48,114 nt of DNA from a virus. Shown here one piece after another: positions 8,848 through 18,700 of the stretch. The stretch lies in IMG/VR virus record IMGVR_UViG_3300045988_031966; one strand, given 5' to 3'. Within the stretch, counting starts at the first letter, position 1, and each line of letters starts with the position of its first letter. Both the position numbers and the translations under genes were made by a program. The notes beneath the pieces were generated by a model. The model saw nothing but the letters and a program-made list of their open reading frames with translations, was not told where the DNA came from and did no database searches.

Positions 8848-9421
8848 TTCTATCAGAGCCATGGAAGGCGAGGGGAATGAAAGAAAATTTATTCTTTCCT
8901 TTTCTTCGGAAGAACCATACGAACGATGGTGGGGAATTGAAATCCTCGACCATTCAGATGGAGCGGTCGACCTTACACGATTAAATGAAATCGGGGTACT
9001 GCTCTATAACCACAATAGGGATAAAGTCATCGGAAAAATCAACCGTGCATGGATAGAGGAAATGCGAGGAATGGCAGAGGTGGAATTTGATACCGATGAC
9101 GAATCCGAACTTATCTATCAGAAAGTGGCGGGTGGAACGCTGAAAGGCGTATCCGTAGGCTACCAGATAGATTCATGGGAGGAAGTAATGCCAAACAAGC
9201 AGTCGGCTGATGGCAGGTTCACAGGACCGGCAGACATCGCAAGAAAGTGGACACCTTACGAAGTATCAATCGTGAGTGTGCCTGCGGACCCAACGGTCGG
9301 TGTCGGAAGGGAACTGGAAGAAGAAACCGGGCAGGGAACGCAGACCCGCACACTCGACTGGTACGAAAGGCAGCTTCAAATAAATAAAAACATTATTAAC
9401 CAAGGAGGTAACGAATCATGA
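8825..9421 (+). CDS. Prohead maturation protease (HK97 / S78-like)
   Basis: ORF 8687..9421. ATG at 8825 gives MTRELTVNSIRAMEGEGNERKFILSFSSEEP... The gene sits between portal and capsid. ...LLYNHNRDKVIGKI... and SVGY resemble the HK97 protease pattern. Confidence 0.65.
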   Translation: MTRELTVNSIRAMEGEGNERKFILSFSSEEPYERWWGIEILDHSDGAVDLTRLNEIGVLLYNHNRDKVIGKINRAWIEEMRGMAEVEFDTDDESELIYQKVAGGTLKGVSVGYQIDSWEEVMPNKQSADGRFTGPADIARKWTPYEVSIVSVPADPTVGVGRELEEETGQGTQTRTLDWYERQLQINKNIINQGGNES

Positions 9422-10971
9422 ACAAGAAGCAGAGAAGACAGCAGAAGATGCTTCGTCAGCAGGAAATCGTCGATGCGGCAAAGAACGCAGGTCGTGATCT
9501 GACTGCAGAGGAACAGACGGAATTCGACTCCCTGCAGAGGGAGATCGATACGCTGACCGCAGAAATTGAAGCAGAGGAAAGGCAGGCAGGACAGTCCGCA
9601 CAGACACCTGCAGCAGGACAGGAAGATCCGGTGGACACCCAGAGAGCCATTGCAGAGGAAAGGGAGAGAATCAGAAGCATTACTTCCATCTGCCGTGACT
9701 TCGGACTGGAGGCAGACACCTACATTCAGAACGGAAGTACTGTAGATGCGGTAAGAGATGCAGCGCTGGAACACATCAGACAGCACGGTGCACCAATTCC
9801 GGCACAGGGCAGGGCAACCGTAGTGGACAGTGCAGAGGATAAATTCAGAGCCGCCGCTGCAGACGCACTGGTAATGCGAAGCGGAATGCCGCTCCAGAAT
9901 CCGGCAGAGGGTGCAAGACAGATGATGGGAATGACACTCCGTGATCTTGCCATTGAATGTTTGTCAGGAGAGGGGCACAGTGGACTGAACAGAAGAACAT
10001 CTGACGAGTTGTATGGAATGTTACAGCGACAGTTCTACAACCCAACAGCAGCATTCCCTGCAATCCTTGATAATGCCATCAATAAGGCTTATGTGGAAGG
10101 ACATAAAACCGTAGCGGTTACATTCGACCAGTGGACAAAGAAGGGTAGTCTTAAGGATTTCAAAACCCATGATAACAACTACTTAGCCGGCCCGGTTGGA
10201 GAATTTCTTGAAGTGCCAGAAGGCGGCGAACTGAAGCATGATGTATTCGGAGATGAGAAACTTCCGACCAGAAAGCTGAAAACATATGGTCGCCAGTTTA
10301 CGCTGACCAGACAGGCATTCATCAACGATGACATCGACCTCGTGACAAGAATTCCTGCCAAGTATGCTGCCAGTGCAAGAAAGACCATCAACAAGCAGTG
10401 CTATCAGATTCTGGTAAATAACCCGGCAATTTATGATGGTACTGCATTATTCAGCAGCAATCACATGAATCTTCTTGCCAAAGGAACTGGAATCACAAAG
10501 GAAGCAGTGCAGGGCATGATCCTGGCACTTCAGAATCAGCATGACCAGTTTGGAGAAGCCATCATCATCCGTCCGGCGATCATCATCGTGCCAAGCGGAT
10601 ATATGTTTGATATGTACACGCTGTTCTACAGTCCGACAATTAATACCGAGGGCAACACGCAGGCAGTCAATCCGTTATACAGATACAAGGACAGTATCAC
10701 AGTTGTAGAGGACCCGACCATCAATGCACTTTGCGGCGGTTTTGGAAATGTGATGCCTTGGTGGTTACTTGGAGCAAAAGACGACACAGACTTTATTGAA
10801 GTAGATTATCTGAATGGACAGGAGATCCCGACTATCAGAAGAATGGAAACACCGGGAACTCTTGGATTTGTATGGGATATTTATCTCGACTGGGGTATCA
10901 GCGTTATGGACTACCGTGGAGCAATCAAGAACCCGGGTATCGAAGTAAAGAACCCTATTCAATTAGCATAA
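9418..10971 (+). CDS. Major capsid protein (HK97-fold) with N-terminal coiled-coil scaffold/delta-like domain
   Basis: 517 aa, with ATGA overlap onto the protease gene. The first ~100 aa are charged coiled-coil (QQEIVDAAKNAGRDLTAEEQTEFDSLQREIDTLTAEIEAEERQ). No separate scaffold gene is present. Confidence 0.75.
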   Translation: MNKKQRRQQKMLRQQEIVDAAKNAGRDLTAEEQTEFDSLQREIDTLTAEIEAEERQAGQSAQTPAAGQEDPVDTQRAIAEERERIRSITSICRDFGLEADTYIQNGSTVDAVRDAALEHIRQHGAPIPAQGRATVVDSAEDKFRAAAADALVMRSGMPLQNPAEGARQMMGMTLRDLAIECLSGEGHSGLNRRTSDELYGMLQRQFYNPTAAFPAILDNAINKAYVEGHKTVAVTFDQWTKKGSLKDFKTHDNNYLAGPVGEFLEVPEGGELKHDVFGDEKLPTRKLKTYGRQFTLTRQAFINDDIDLVTRIPAKYAASARKTINKQCYQILVNNPAIYDGTALFSSNHMNLLAKGTGITKEAVQGMILALQNQHDQFGEAIIIRPAIIIVPSGYMFDMYTLFYSPTINTEGNTQAVNPLYRYKDSITVVEDPTINALCGGFGNVMPWWLLGAKDDTDFIEVDYLNGQEIPTIRRMETPGTLGFVWDIYLDWGISVMDYRGAIKNPGIEVKNPIQLA

Positions 10972-10989
10972 CGAGAGGAGGAAATGCAG

Positions 10990-11316
10990 ATGAGCAAAGC
11001 AGCATACTGGCAGAGAGGGGAAACCCTTGACTATGTGAATACTACAGGGGCAATCATTGAAGCTAATACAGTCATTAAACTCGCAGAGAGAGTCGGAATC
11101 GCAGGTACGAATATCAATCCGGGAGAAAAGGGAGATATTCATGTAAGCGGTGTCTTTGAATTTGCAAAGACAAGTCAGAACAAAATTGAAATGGGAACAT
11201 CCGTGTATTTTGATGGAGAAGGCATCACAGAAACTGCAGGAGATGATACCCCGGCGGGATTTGCAGCAGCGACCGCAGAAGCGGCGGACAAGACTATTCT
11301 GGTAAAAATTGGATAA
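10990..11316 (+). CDS. Head decoration / DUF2190-like protein
   Basis: ORF 10984..11316. ATG 10990 lies 8 nt after AGGAGG. About 108 aa, directly after the capsid gene. Pattern GDIHVSGVFEF...GTSVYFD is present. Confidence 0.5.
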   Translation: MSKAAYWQRGETLDYVNTTGAIIEANTVIKLAERVGIAGTNINPGEKGDIHVSGVFEFAKTSQNKIEMGTSVYFDGEGITETAGDDTPAGFAAATAEAADKTILVKIG

Positions 11317-11327
11317 GGGGTGGGAGT

Positions 11328-11600
11328 ATGAAGCTGATAGCAATATACCCTATTCTTTACCGTTCCCACCAGTATGAAATCGGAGAAGAACTCCCTGCTG
11401 ATGATCCGGAAATGGTGCAGGCTTGGCTTGATGCCAAGACTGCAATATGGCAGGATGACACCTCCCAAGTAAAAGCAAAACCAGTTACTGCACAGGCGGG
11501 ATTGGCAGGGCAATCGCCGAATGGGGAAACCGATGAGAACTTAGTCGGTAGAGTACCCAAAACTCCGGCACGAAGCACAGGCAGGAGGAAGAAAGAATAA
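11328..11600 (+). CDS. Hypothetical head-module protein
   Basis: 90-aa ORF, tightly packed, with RBS ggggtgggagtATG. Confidence 0.5.
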   Translation: MKLIAIYPILYRSHQYEIGEELPADDPEMVQAWLDAKTAIWQDDTSQVKAKPVTAQAGLAGQSPNGETDENLVGRVPKTPARSTGRRKKE

Positions 11601-11923
11601 TGGGGTTTAAAGATGTCATAAGGGCAGATGTACACAAGGTTTTTCTGAACACCGAAGAATTCTCGGATATGCACATGATCAATGGAACTGAGATGGCAGT
11701 GCAGATTGATTCCAATGAGCAGATCGAGCGTGAGAAACGGTATAACCAAAACATGGATGGCATCTACAAGAATCAGAAATTGATTTTTGTGGCTGCATCT
11801 GACTTTGGACCATTGCCGAAGCAGGGTAGTCTGCTGATCATGGACAAGAGAACATACCGTGTCGCAGATGCCATTGACGAAGATGGCATCTACTCCATTA
11901 CACTGGAGGCGAACAGGGCATGA
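11600..11923 (+). CDS. Head-tail connector/adaptor protein (positional call)
   Basis: 107 aa. Start and stop overlap both neighbours in the neck block. Confidence 0.4.
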   Translation: MGFKDVIRADVHKVFLNTEEFSDMHMINGTEMAVQIDSNEQIEREKRYNQNMDGIYKNQKLIFVAASDFGPLPKQGSLLIMDKRTYRVADAIDEDGIYSITLEANRA

Positions 11924-12495
11924 ATGGTTTTTACATTGAAGTAAACAAGGCAGATGTTGCGTATGTTCAGAAGAAACTCATTGGTGCAGAGAAGAAAGTT
12001 CCCAGAGTTCTCAGAAGTGCCATCAATCAAACTGCAACACTCACGCTGAGAAAAATAAAAGCAGGACGCACAGCGGGATACACTATGTCCGCTTCAGAAT
12101 TCAATAAAGAAATTCAGACGCAGAGGGCAAATCTTGGGCATTTGGACGCAACGATCAAATCACAAGGACGTCCACGAACAGTAAAGGAATTCAAGCATAG
12201 CAAACCAAAGGCGGGAGTAAAGCTTGATATTACAAAAACAGGACTCAAGAGTTTAGTTAATTCTGCAGGTGCCCATGCTTTTATTGGACCCGGTAGAGGT
12301 AGAAAGATTTCTGGTTTGATTGCACAGAGAGAAGGAAAAGCAAGGCTTCCGGTAAAAGTTTTGCATTCCAACTCCGTTCCGATGATGGTTGGAAAAATTT
12401 ATGAAGGCGAGCGTGGCGGCCAAGGCAATATGCAGCCATTCATCGAGAAAACTCTGCATGAAAAAGTGATGGAGCAGGTGGAAAAAGTTTTATAG
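11920..12495 (+). CDS. Neck / tail-completion protein (lambda gpZ-like or HK97 gp10-like; family uncertain)
   Basis: 191 aa, basic, with ATGA overlap onto the upstream gene. The position fits a neck or tail-completion protein. Confidence 0.4.
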   Translation: MNGFYIEVNKADVAYVQKKLIGAEKKVPRVLRSAINQTATLTLRKIKAGRTAGYTMSASEFNKEIQTQRANLGHLDATIKSQGRPRTVKEFKHSKPKAGVKLDITKTGLKSLVNSAGAHAFIGPGRGRKISGLIAQREGKARLPVKVLHSNSVPMMVGKIYEGERGGQGNMQPFIEKTLHEKVMEQVEKVL

Positions 12496-12504
12496 GAGGC
12501 AGTC

Positions 12505-12984
12505 ATGACAGCATTAACACTACTCGGCGACTTAAAGGAGGAAATCGAAGTCCTCCTAAAAGATGTCATCACAAAAAATACTGCCGGAGAATCAGTCACG
12601 GGAGTAAAGGGATACGAGTACCGCCTGCCGATCATTGTATCGGATGAGGAGGACGAATCCCAATTCTTCCCCTATTTCATCGTCAAACCCTTGGAGGGCA
12701 AGACAGAAGATGATGACGATCCGTGGCTTGTGACGGTGGACATTCTTCTCGGAATCTGTGAAAACGACAAGGATGTCCTCGGGCAGAAGCACCTTCTCGT
12801 GATGATCCAGAGGATCGTGGACAGATTCGCAGCAGAGCCGCTTCTGAACAAAAAATACAGGACAGAGCAGAAGATGGAATGGGCAGTGCAGGACGAGGAC
12901 ACCTATCCGTTTTATTTCGGAGGGGTGGAAATCAAATTCAGAGTACCAAAGGTAGGAAGGAGGATACCGGACTATGACGACTAA
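12505..12984 (+). CDS. Tail terminator / neck protein (positional call)
   Basis: 159-aa ORF between the connector genes and the sheath. Confidence 0.35.
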   Translation: MTALTLLGDLKEEIEVLLKDVITKNTAGESVTGVKGYEYRLPIIVSDEEDESQFFPYFIVKPLEGKTEDDDDPWLVTVDILLGICENDKDVLGQKHLLVMIQRIVDRFAAEPLLNKKYRTEQKMEWAVQDEDTYPFYFGGVEIKFRVPKVGRRIPDYDD

Positions 12985-13282
12985 GAAAAGCGAACCGGTG
13001 CGTGAAACGAAACCGCCAAAAGCGGCAGAAGTAAAAAAACGCACGGAAAAAGAAACGCTGATGTATGTCGGACCGACAGTCAACGGACTGGGCATACAGA
13101 ACAGGGTATATACGGAGATACCAAAAGCAGCGGAAGCAGTACTGGAAAAGACACCGGAACTGCGGAATCTGTTCATCCCGGTCAGAGAGTATCCGGGAGC
13201 GTGCAGAATGCTCCGTGAAAAGAAAGGTTATATTCACAGTGCCTTCATGAAAGCACTGAATATCAAGAATGGAGGAAAATAA
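12974..13282 (+). CDS. Hypothetical structural-module protein
   Basis: 102-aa ORF with a basic N-terminus, immediately upstream of the sheath gene. Confidence 0.45.
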   Translation: MTTKKSEPVRETKPPKAAEVKKRTEKETLMYVGPTVNGLGIQNRVYTEIPKAAEAVLEKTPELRNLFIPVREYPGACRMLREKKGYIHSAFMKALNIKNGGK

Positions 13283-13284
13283 GG

Positions 13285-14730
13285 ATGAAACATGGAGTTT
13301 ATATTCAAGAGCAGGGCACTGCCCTGACTGCCCCGATTGCGGGCAAAGCATCCGTGCAGGTCGTCATCGGAACAGCACCTGTTCACATGGCAGAAGATCC
13401 AGATGCAGTGGTAAATGTCCCGGTGCTTGCCAATTCCGCAACAGAAGCGATGGCGGCACTCGGATACACAGATGACTTCCAGAACTTCACATTGTGCCAG
13501 ACGATGTATGCGACAAGCAACATCTTCCAAGTATCCCCAGTGGTTTACATCAATGTACTTGATCCGAAAAAGCACAATAAGGAAATGGAAACCAAAAGCG
13601 TCAATGCAGAACTCCTGCAGGCGAGAGTGCCGGAGAAGGGCATTATTCCGTCCATGCTTACCGTGACCAATAATGAAACCCCACTGGAGGCAGGAAAAGA
13701 TTACACAACGGAATTCGACACGGACGGAACGCTGATTATTAACTTAATCAAAGGTGGAAAGGGCGAAAATGCAAAGACGCTGACGCTTACCGGAAAGGTC
13801 GTAGATCCGAGCGTTATCACAAAGACCGACATCATCGGTTCTTACAATGTGGCGACCGGAGCAGAAACCGGAATGGAGCTAATCCGACAGGTGTACCCGA
13901 AACTGGGAATCGTTCCGGGATTACTTCTTGCACCGGGATGGTCACAGATGCCGGAAGTCGGAATTGCACTGGCGGCAAAGGCAGCCAACATCAATGGAGT
14001 GTTCAAAGCCATGGCACTTGTAGACCTCGATACAGCGGAGGCGACCAAGTACACCGACTGTAAAGAGGTAAAAGAGAACAGCGGATACACATCGGAATTC
14101 TGCTATCCGTCATGGCTCAGTTACAAGGTGGGCGATTACATTCTCGCAGGATCAGCAGTAAACGCCGCTCTGATTGCATACACAGACGCAAATAATGATG
14201 ATGTGCCAAGTATGTCCCCGTCCAACAAACTTCTGGGAGTGACCGGAACGTGTCTTGCAGACGGAACGGAAGTCAATCTGGATCAGGACCAGGCAAACAC
14301 CGTAAACAGTTATGGTGTGGCAACCGCCATGAATATGAACGGATGGAAACTCTGGGGCAATTACACCGGAGCATACCCAAGCAGCACGGACGCAAAGGAC
14401 ATCTGGCTGCCGGTCCGCAGAATGTTCAACTGGCAGGGAAACACATTTATCCAGTCCTACTTCGATAAGGTGGACGATCCGATGAATTCTATTCTGATTG
14501 AGTCCGTGGTTGATTCGGAGAATATCAGATGTGCAGCCTATGCACCGGATAAATGGGCAGGAGCGACTATTCAGTACTTAAAGAGCGATAATCCGGACAC
14601 GGACGTCCTCGCAGGAAAGATGACATTCCGCCAGAGCATTGCACCGTACACCCCGGCACAGGAAATCAATAATATCCTGTCCTATGACATCGCAATGCTT
14701 TCCAACGCATTAACAGGAGGTGAATCATAA
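13285..14730 (+). CDS. Contractile tail sheath protein
   Basis: 481 aa. It is followed by tube, chaperone and tape-measure genes (PBSX XkdK / P2 FI order). The N-terminus MKHGVYIQE... is typical of sheath proteins. Confidence 0.8.
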   Translation: MKHGVYIQEQGTALTAPIAGKASVQVVIGTAPVHMAEDPDAVVNVPVLANSATEAMAALGYTDDFQNFTLCQTMYATSNIFQVSPVVYINVLDPKKHNKEMETKSVNAELLQARVPEKGIIPSMLTVTNNETPLEAGKDYTTEFDTDGTLIINLIKGGKGENAKTLTLTGKVVDPSVITKTDIIGSYNVATGAETGMELIRQVYPKLGIVPGLLLAPGWSQMPEVGIALAAKAANINGVFKAMALVDLDTAEATKYTDCKEVKENSGYTSEFCYPSWLSYKVGDYILAGSAVNAALIAYTDANNDDVPSMSPSNKLLGVTGTCLADGTEVNLDQDQANTVNSYGVATAMNMNGWKLWGNYTGAYPSSTDAKDIWLPVRRMFNWQGNTFIQSYFDKVDDPMNSILIESVVDSENIRCAAYAPDKWAGATIQYLKSDNPDTDVLAGKMTFRQSIAPYTPAQEINNILSYDIAMLSNALTGGES

Positions 14731-15254
14731 TGAGTTTAGTAATTCCTGAGGTATTAAACCATTACAATGTCTACAATGACAGAGCAAAGAAACTGATCGG
14801 CATTTCCGGAGAAATCGAACTCCCGGAACTGGAGGCACTGACAGACACTATCGAGGGAGCGGGCGTGCTTGGAGAGATCGAAGATCCGGTAACAGGGCAG
14901 TTTTCATCCATGAAAATCAAGATCCCGTTCGCTGTTCTCTATGAAGATTTATTCAGTCTCATGGACACCACGACACCGCCGCAGCTTACCCTCCGTGCAT
15001 CCATGCAGTGCATGGACCCAACAACCGGAGAAACAGGATACTTCCCGGTTAAAATCGTGGTAAGAGGAAAAGCCTCCACCACATCCCTTGGAAAGATCGT
15101 CAAGGGCAAAAAGGGCGAGCCGGAAATTGAACTGGAAATCTTGTATATCAAGATTATGATCAACAACAAAACAACGCTCGAATTGGACAAGCTGAACTTC
15201 AAGTTTGTATTAAACGGAAAAGATATGCTTGCAAAAATTCGTTCACAGGTATAA
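14730..15254 (+). CDS. Tail tube protein
   Basis: 174 aa. ATG overlaps the sheath stop. Position matches XkdM / P2 FII. Confidence 0.7.
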   Translation: MSLVIPEVLNHYNVYNDRAKKLIGISGEIELPELEALTDTIEGAGVLGEIEDPVTGQFSSMKIKIPFAVLYEDLFSLMDTTTPPQLTLRASMQCMDPTTGETGYFPVKIVVRGKASTTSLGKIVKGKKGEPEIELEILYIKIMINNKTTLELDKLNFKFVLNGKDMLAKIRSQV

Positions 15255-15266
15255 GGAGGAATAATC

Positions 15267-15611
15267 ATGGCAGAGGTTAAAGAAATCAAAAGTACAGAAC
15301 AGGCACAGGCGGTCGAGGAGGCAGAGAACATCGTAAAACTGTCAAAGATCTATGACTTTGAAGGGGAAAAGGTATCACAGATCGATTTCTCCGGACTGGA
15401 GAATATCACTGCGGATGACATGATCCGTGCAAACAAAGTACTCTCCACATCGGGAACGGTGTCCATTCTTCCGGAGAACGACCTGCACTACACGCTGATC
15501 ATCGCAGCAAGTGCGACAGGTCTTCCGATTGAATTCTTCAAGGCATTAAAGCCAAAGGATGCAATCCGTGTAAAGAACACCGTGACAAGTTTTTTCTACG
15601 GAGAGGAATAA
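15267..15611 (+). CDS. Tail assembly chaperone (short, zero-frame product)
   Basis: 114-aa acidic ORF between tube and tape measure (XkdN / P2 gpE position). Confidence 0.6.
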   Translation: MAEVKEIKSTEQAQAVEEAENIVKLSKIYDFEGEKVSQIDFSGLENITADDMIRANKVLSTSGTVSILPENDLHYTLIIAASATGLPIEFFKALKPKDAIRVKNTVTSFFYGEE

Positions 15612-15781
15612 GGCTGAGCGACACCGCAGAACTGCGGAAAGCGTGCATCATACTGGCACAGAATCTGACGACAGGTCTTGATTATATTCGGGGCCTGTCT
15701 ATTTTTGAACTGATAGAACTGTGTGAAGATTTGAGAGAAATACAGAAGGAGGTGGACAAGCAGAACCATGGGCGATTATAA
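15267..15781 (+). CDS. Predicted -1 frameshift product of the tail assembly chaperone
   Basis: Slippery T_TTT_TTC lies at 15590..15596 in the zero frame. The -1 frame then stays open for 61 codons to TAA 15779..15781, overlapping the tape-measure start. Confidence 0.5.
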
Positions 15782-18700
15782 AGTAGCAATTAAGATAGCC
15801 GGACAACTGGAAGGCTCATTCAACCGGACACTGAAAATGGCACAGTCCGGGATTGGCGGTCTGGCAAAGATCGGAAAAATCGGAGCGACAGCAATGGCGG
15901 CCGGTGCTGCAGCCATGGGAACGCTTGCAGCCGCCGGAATCAAAGCAGGAGTCGAGTACGAACAGGCATTTGCGGGTGTCAGAAAGACCGTGGACGCAAC
16001 GGAAGCGGAACTGCAGGCACTAAGCCAAGGCATCCGTGATATGGCGAAGGAAATGCCAACCTCCGCATCGGAGATTGCGGGGGTAGCAGAAGCGGCCGGA
16101 CAGCTTGGTATCCAGACGGAGAATATCCTCGGATTTACCAAGACCATGGTCATGCTCGGCGATGCCACGAACATGAGTGCAGACGAAGCAGCCACATCAC
16201 TGGCAAGGCTGGCGAACATCACAGGAATGCCACAAAGCAGCTTTGACCGATTAGGTTCGACCATCGTAGCACTTGGAAATAACTTCGCTACCACAGAGAG
16301 TGAAATCACAGCAATGGGTCTTAGAATTGCCGGAGCAGGCTCGCAGGTAGGAATGACGGAAGCACAGATCATGTCGTTCTCGGCGGCATTGAGTTCTGTG
16401 GGAATCGAAGCGGAAGCCGGAGGCTCTGCCTTTTCCAAGGTTCTCGTTGATATGCAGCTTGCAACAGAAAAAGGCGGGGAATCCCTTCAGCAATTCGCAA
16501 ATGTGGCAGGCATGAGTGCTTCGCAGTTTAAGCAGGCATTCCAGACAGATGCAGCCGGAGCAATGGCAAGTTTCATCAAAGGACTTTCAGAGAGTGAAGC
16601 CAAAGGGAAAAGTGCCATCGCAGTACTGGACGAAATGGGAATCACGGAAGTCCGAATGCGAGATATGCTCTTAAGAGCAGCCGGAGCGTCAGACACATTC
16701 ACGGAGGCACTGGAACTGGGAAGTGCGGCATGGGAAGAAAATGTGGCTCTGACCAATGAAGCGAACCAGAGATACAAGACCATGGGGAGCAGGCTCGCCA
16801 TACTGAAAAATAAAGCAATAGACCTCGGAATCGCTTTCTATGAGAGTGTGAACACACCGATGGGCGATGTGGTCACTGCTGCCGGAGATATGCTTGAAAA
16901 TCTGAACGCAGCATTTGAGAGTGGTGGAATGTCCGGCTTAGTTAATCAGCTTGGAACAGAAATCGCAAACGCAGTAACTGGAATCGCAGACGCAGCCCCG
17001 GACATGATCGATGCGGCGGTGGATCTGATGGAGTCATTCCTCGCAGGAATCGAACAGAACCAAGACAAGATTACAAGCGGTCTGGAACGGACAGCCATAG
17101 CAGCGGCATCCGGACTAATTCGCATTACTCCGCAACTGGTGGTAGTCGGTGCAGAATTTATTGTGGCACTGGCACAAGGTCTGGTGGAAAACGCACCACA
17201 ACTGGCACAGGCGGGCAGGGAGGCAGTCTCTTACCTCATGAACGCAGCAAAAGATGCATTCAGAGAATATGTGGACTTCCTCGGCGATGACCAAGTGAAA
17301 CCATTTGAGAAAATTCTCGCCCTTATTCCTGCAGTGGCGGCAGGGTTCGGAGCGTTTAAGGTATTATCCACCATAGCAGGAGATGCACAGAATTTCATTA
17401 CCTCCATCAAAGGAATCGGGAAAACGACAGAAGCTGCAAAAAAAGGTGTCAAGGGCGTTAGCAGCGTTATGTCGGGAACTGCAAAAAACATCCTTGGTGC
17501 AGGTGTTGGATTGGGCATGGCGGCCGCAGGTTTCTGGCTTCTTGCCGATGCAGCAATCCGACTCGGGGAAGCAGGACCACTGGCATCTATCGGGATGGCA
17601 GTCATGGCAGCAGGTATCGCAGGAGCAATGGTACTGATCACAAAATTCGGACCGCAACTGGAAGCATCGCAGAAAGGACTTCTTGCATTCGGAGGAGCAA
17701 TCCTCATGGCAGCAGCCGGAATGTCACTGATGGCATTTTCCGCCACGCAACTGGCGGCAGCCGGCCCGATGGCACTGGTTGGTCTGGCACTTATGGAGGC
17801 AGGCATTATCGGTCTGCTTGCAGTCGCAGGGACAATGGGAACAACCCTTGCAACAGCGACACCGGGTCTGCTCGCATTTGGCGGGGCGATCCTTATGGCG
17901 GCAGTCGGCATGGGATTACTGACCATCGCAGCCATGCAACTGTCCTCCGCAGGAACAGGAGCAATCCTAACCCTTACCGGGATGGGTGTCGGCTTAATGG
18001 CATTCATGGCAGTGGCGGCACTCCTCGGACCCATGCTCACATCAGCGGCTATAGGACTGGTGGCATTCGGGGCAGGAGTGCTTCTGGCAGCGACAGGAAT
18101 GCTCCTCATGACACAGGCAGCCATACAACTGGCGGCGGCAGGCCCGACAGCACAGATTGCAATGGCATTACTGGCAGCGGGCATTCTTGCATTCGGAGCG
18201 GTCGCAGGACTTCTCGCACCGTTACTCCTTGCAGGAGCGGCGGCATTGGCAGCATTCGGAGCAGCCTTGGCAGTTGTCGGGGCAGCGATGATGGTGGTAA
18301 ATATGGCAGCGATTATGGGAGCCGCAGCACTGACACTTATTGCAGCGGTACTTCCGCAACTGGCAACACACGGAATGACCGGAGCGGCAGCCATCATGGC
18401 ACTGGGGGCATCTATGACATTGTTTGCAGCCGGGGCACTGCTCGCAGGAGCAGGAGCCGCAGCAGCAGCCATCGGGTTCGCAGCGTTGGCAGTGGCGGCA
18501 TTGGCGGCAAGCGTGGCATTTGCTCCCCTCGCAGTTGAAATGGCAGCAATCGGAGCAGCCATCGCTATCATGGCAACCATGGGGAAAACTGCCGCAGACA
18601 GCATGAAATCTTTGAAATCATCCTCCAAGGGAATGGTCACAAGCATGGCGAAACTGGCGGCTTCGCTCGTAGCACCTACCGCAGCACTTGTACCGTTCGC

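Noticed and set aside
15776-16438. 220-aa minus-strand ORF at the start of the tape-measure gene
   Set aside because: It is antisense to a well-supported structural gene and has a low-complexity Ala/Ser/Pro-rich product. There is no independent start signal.
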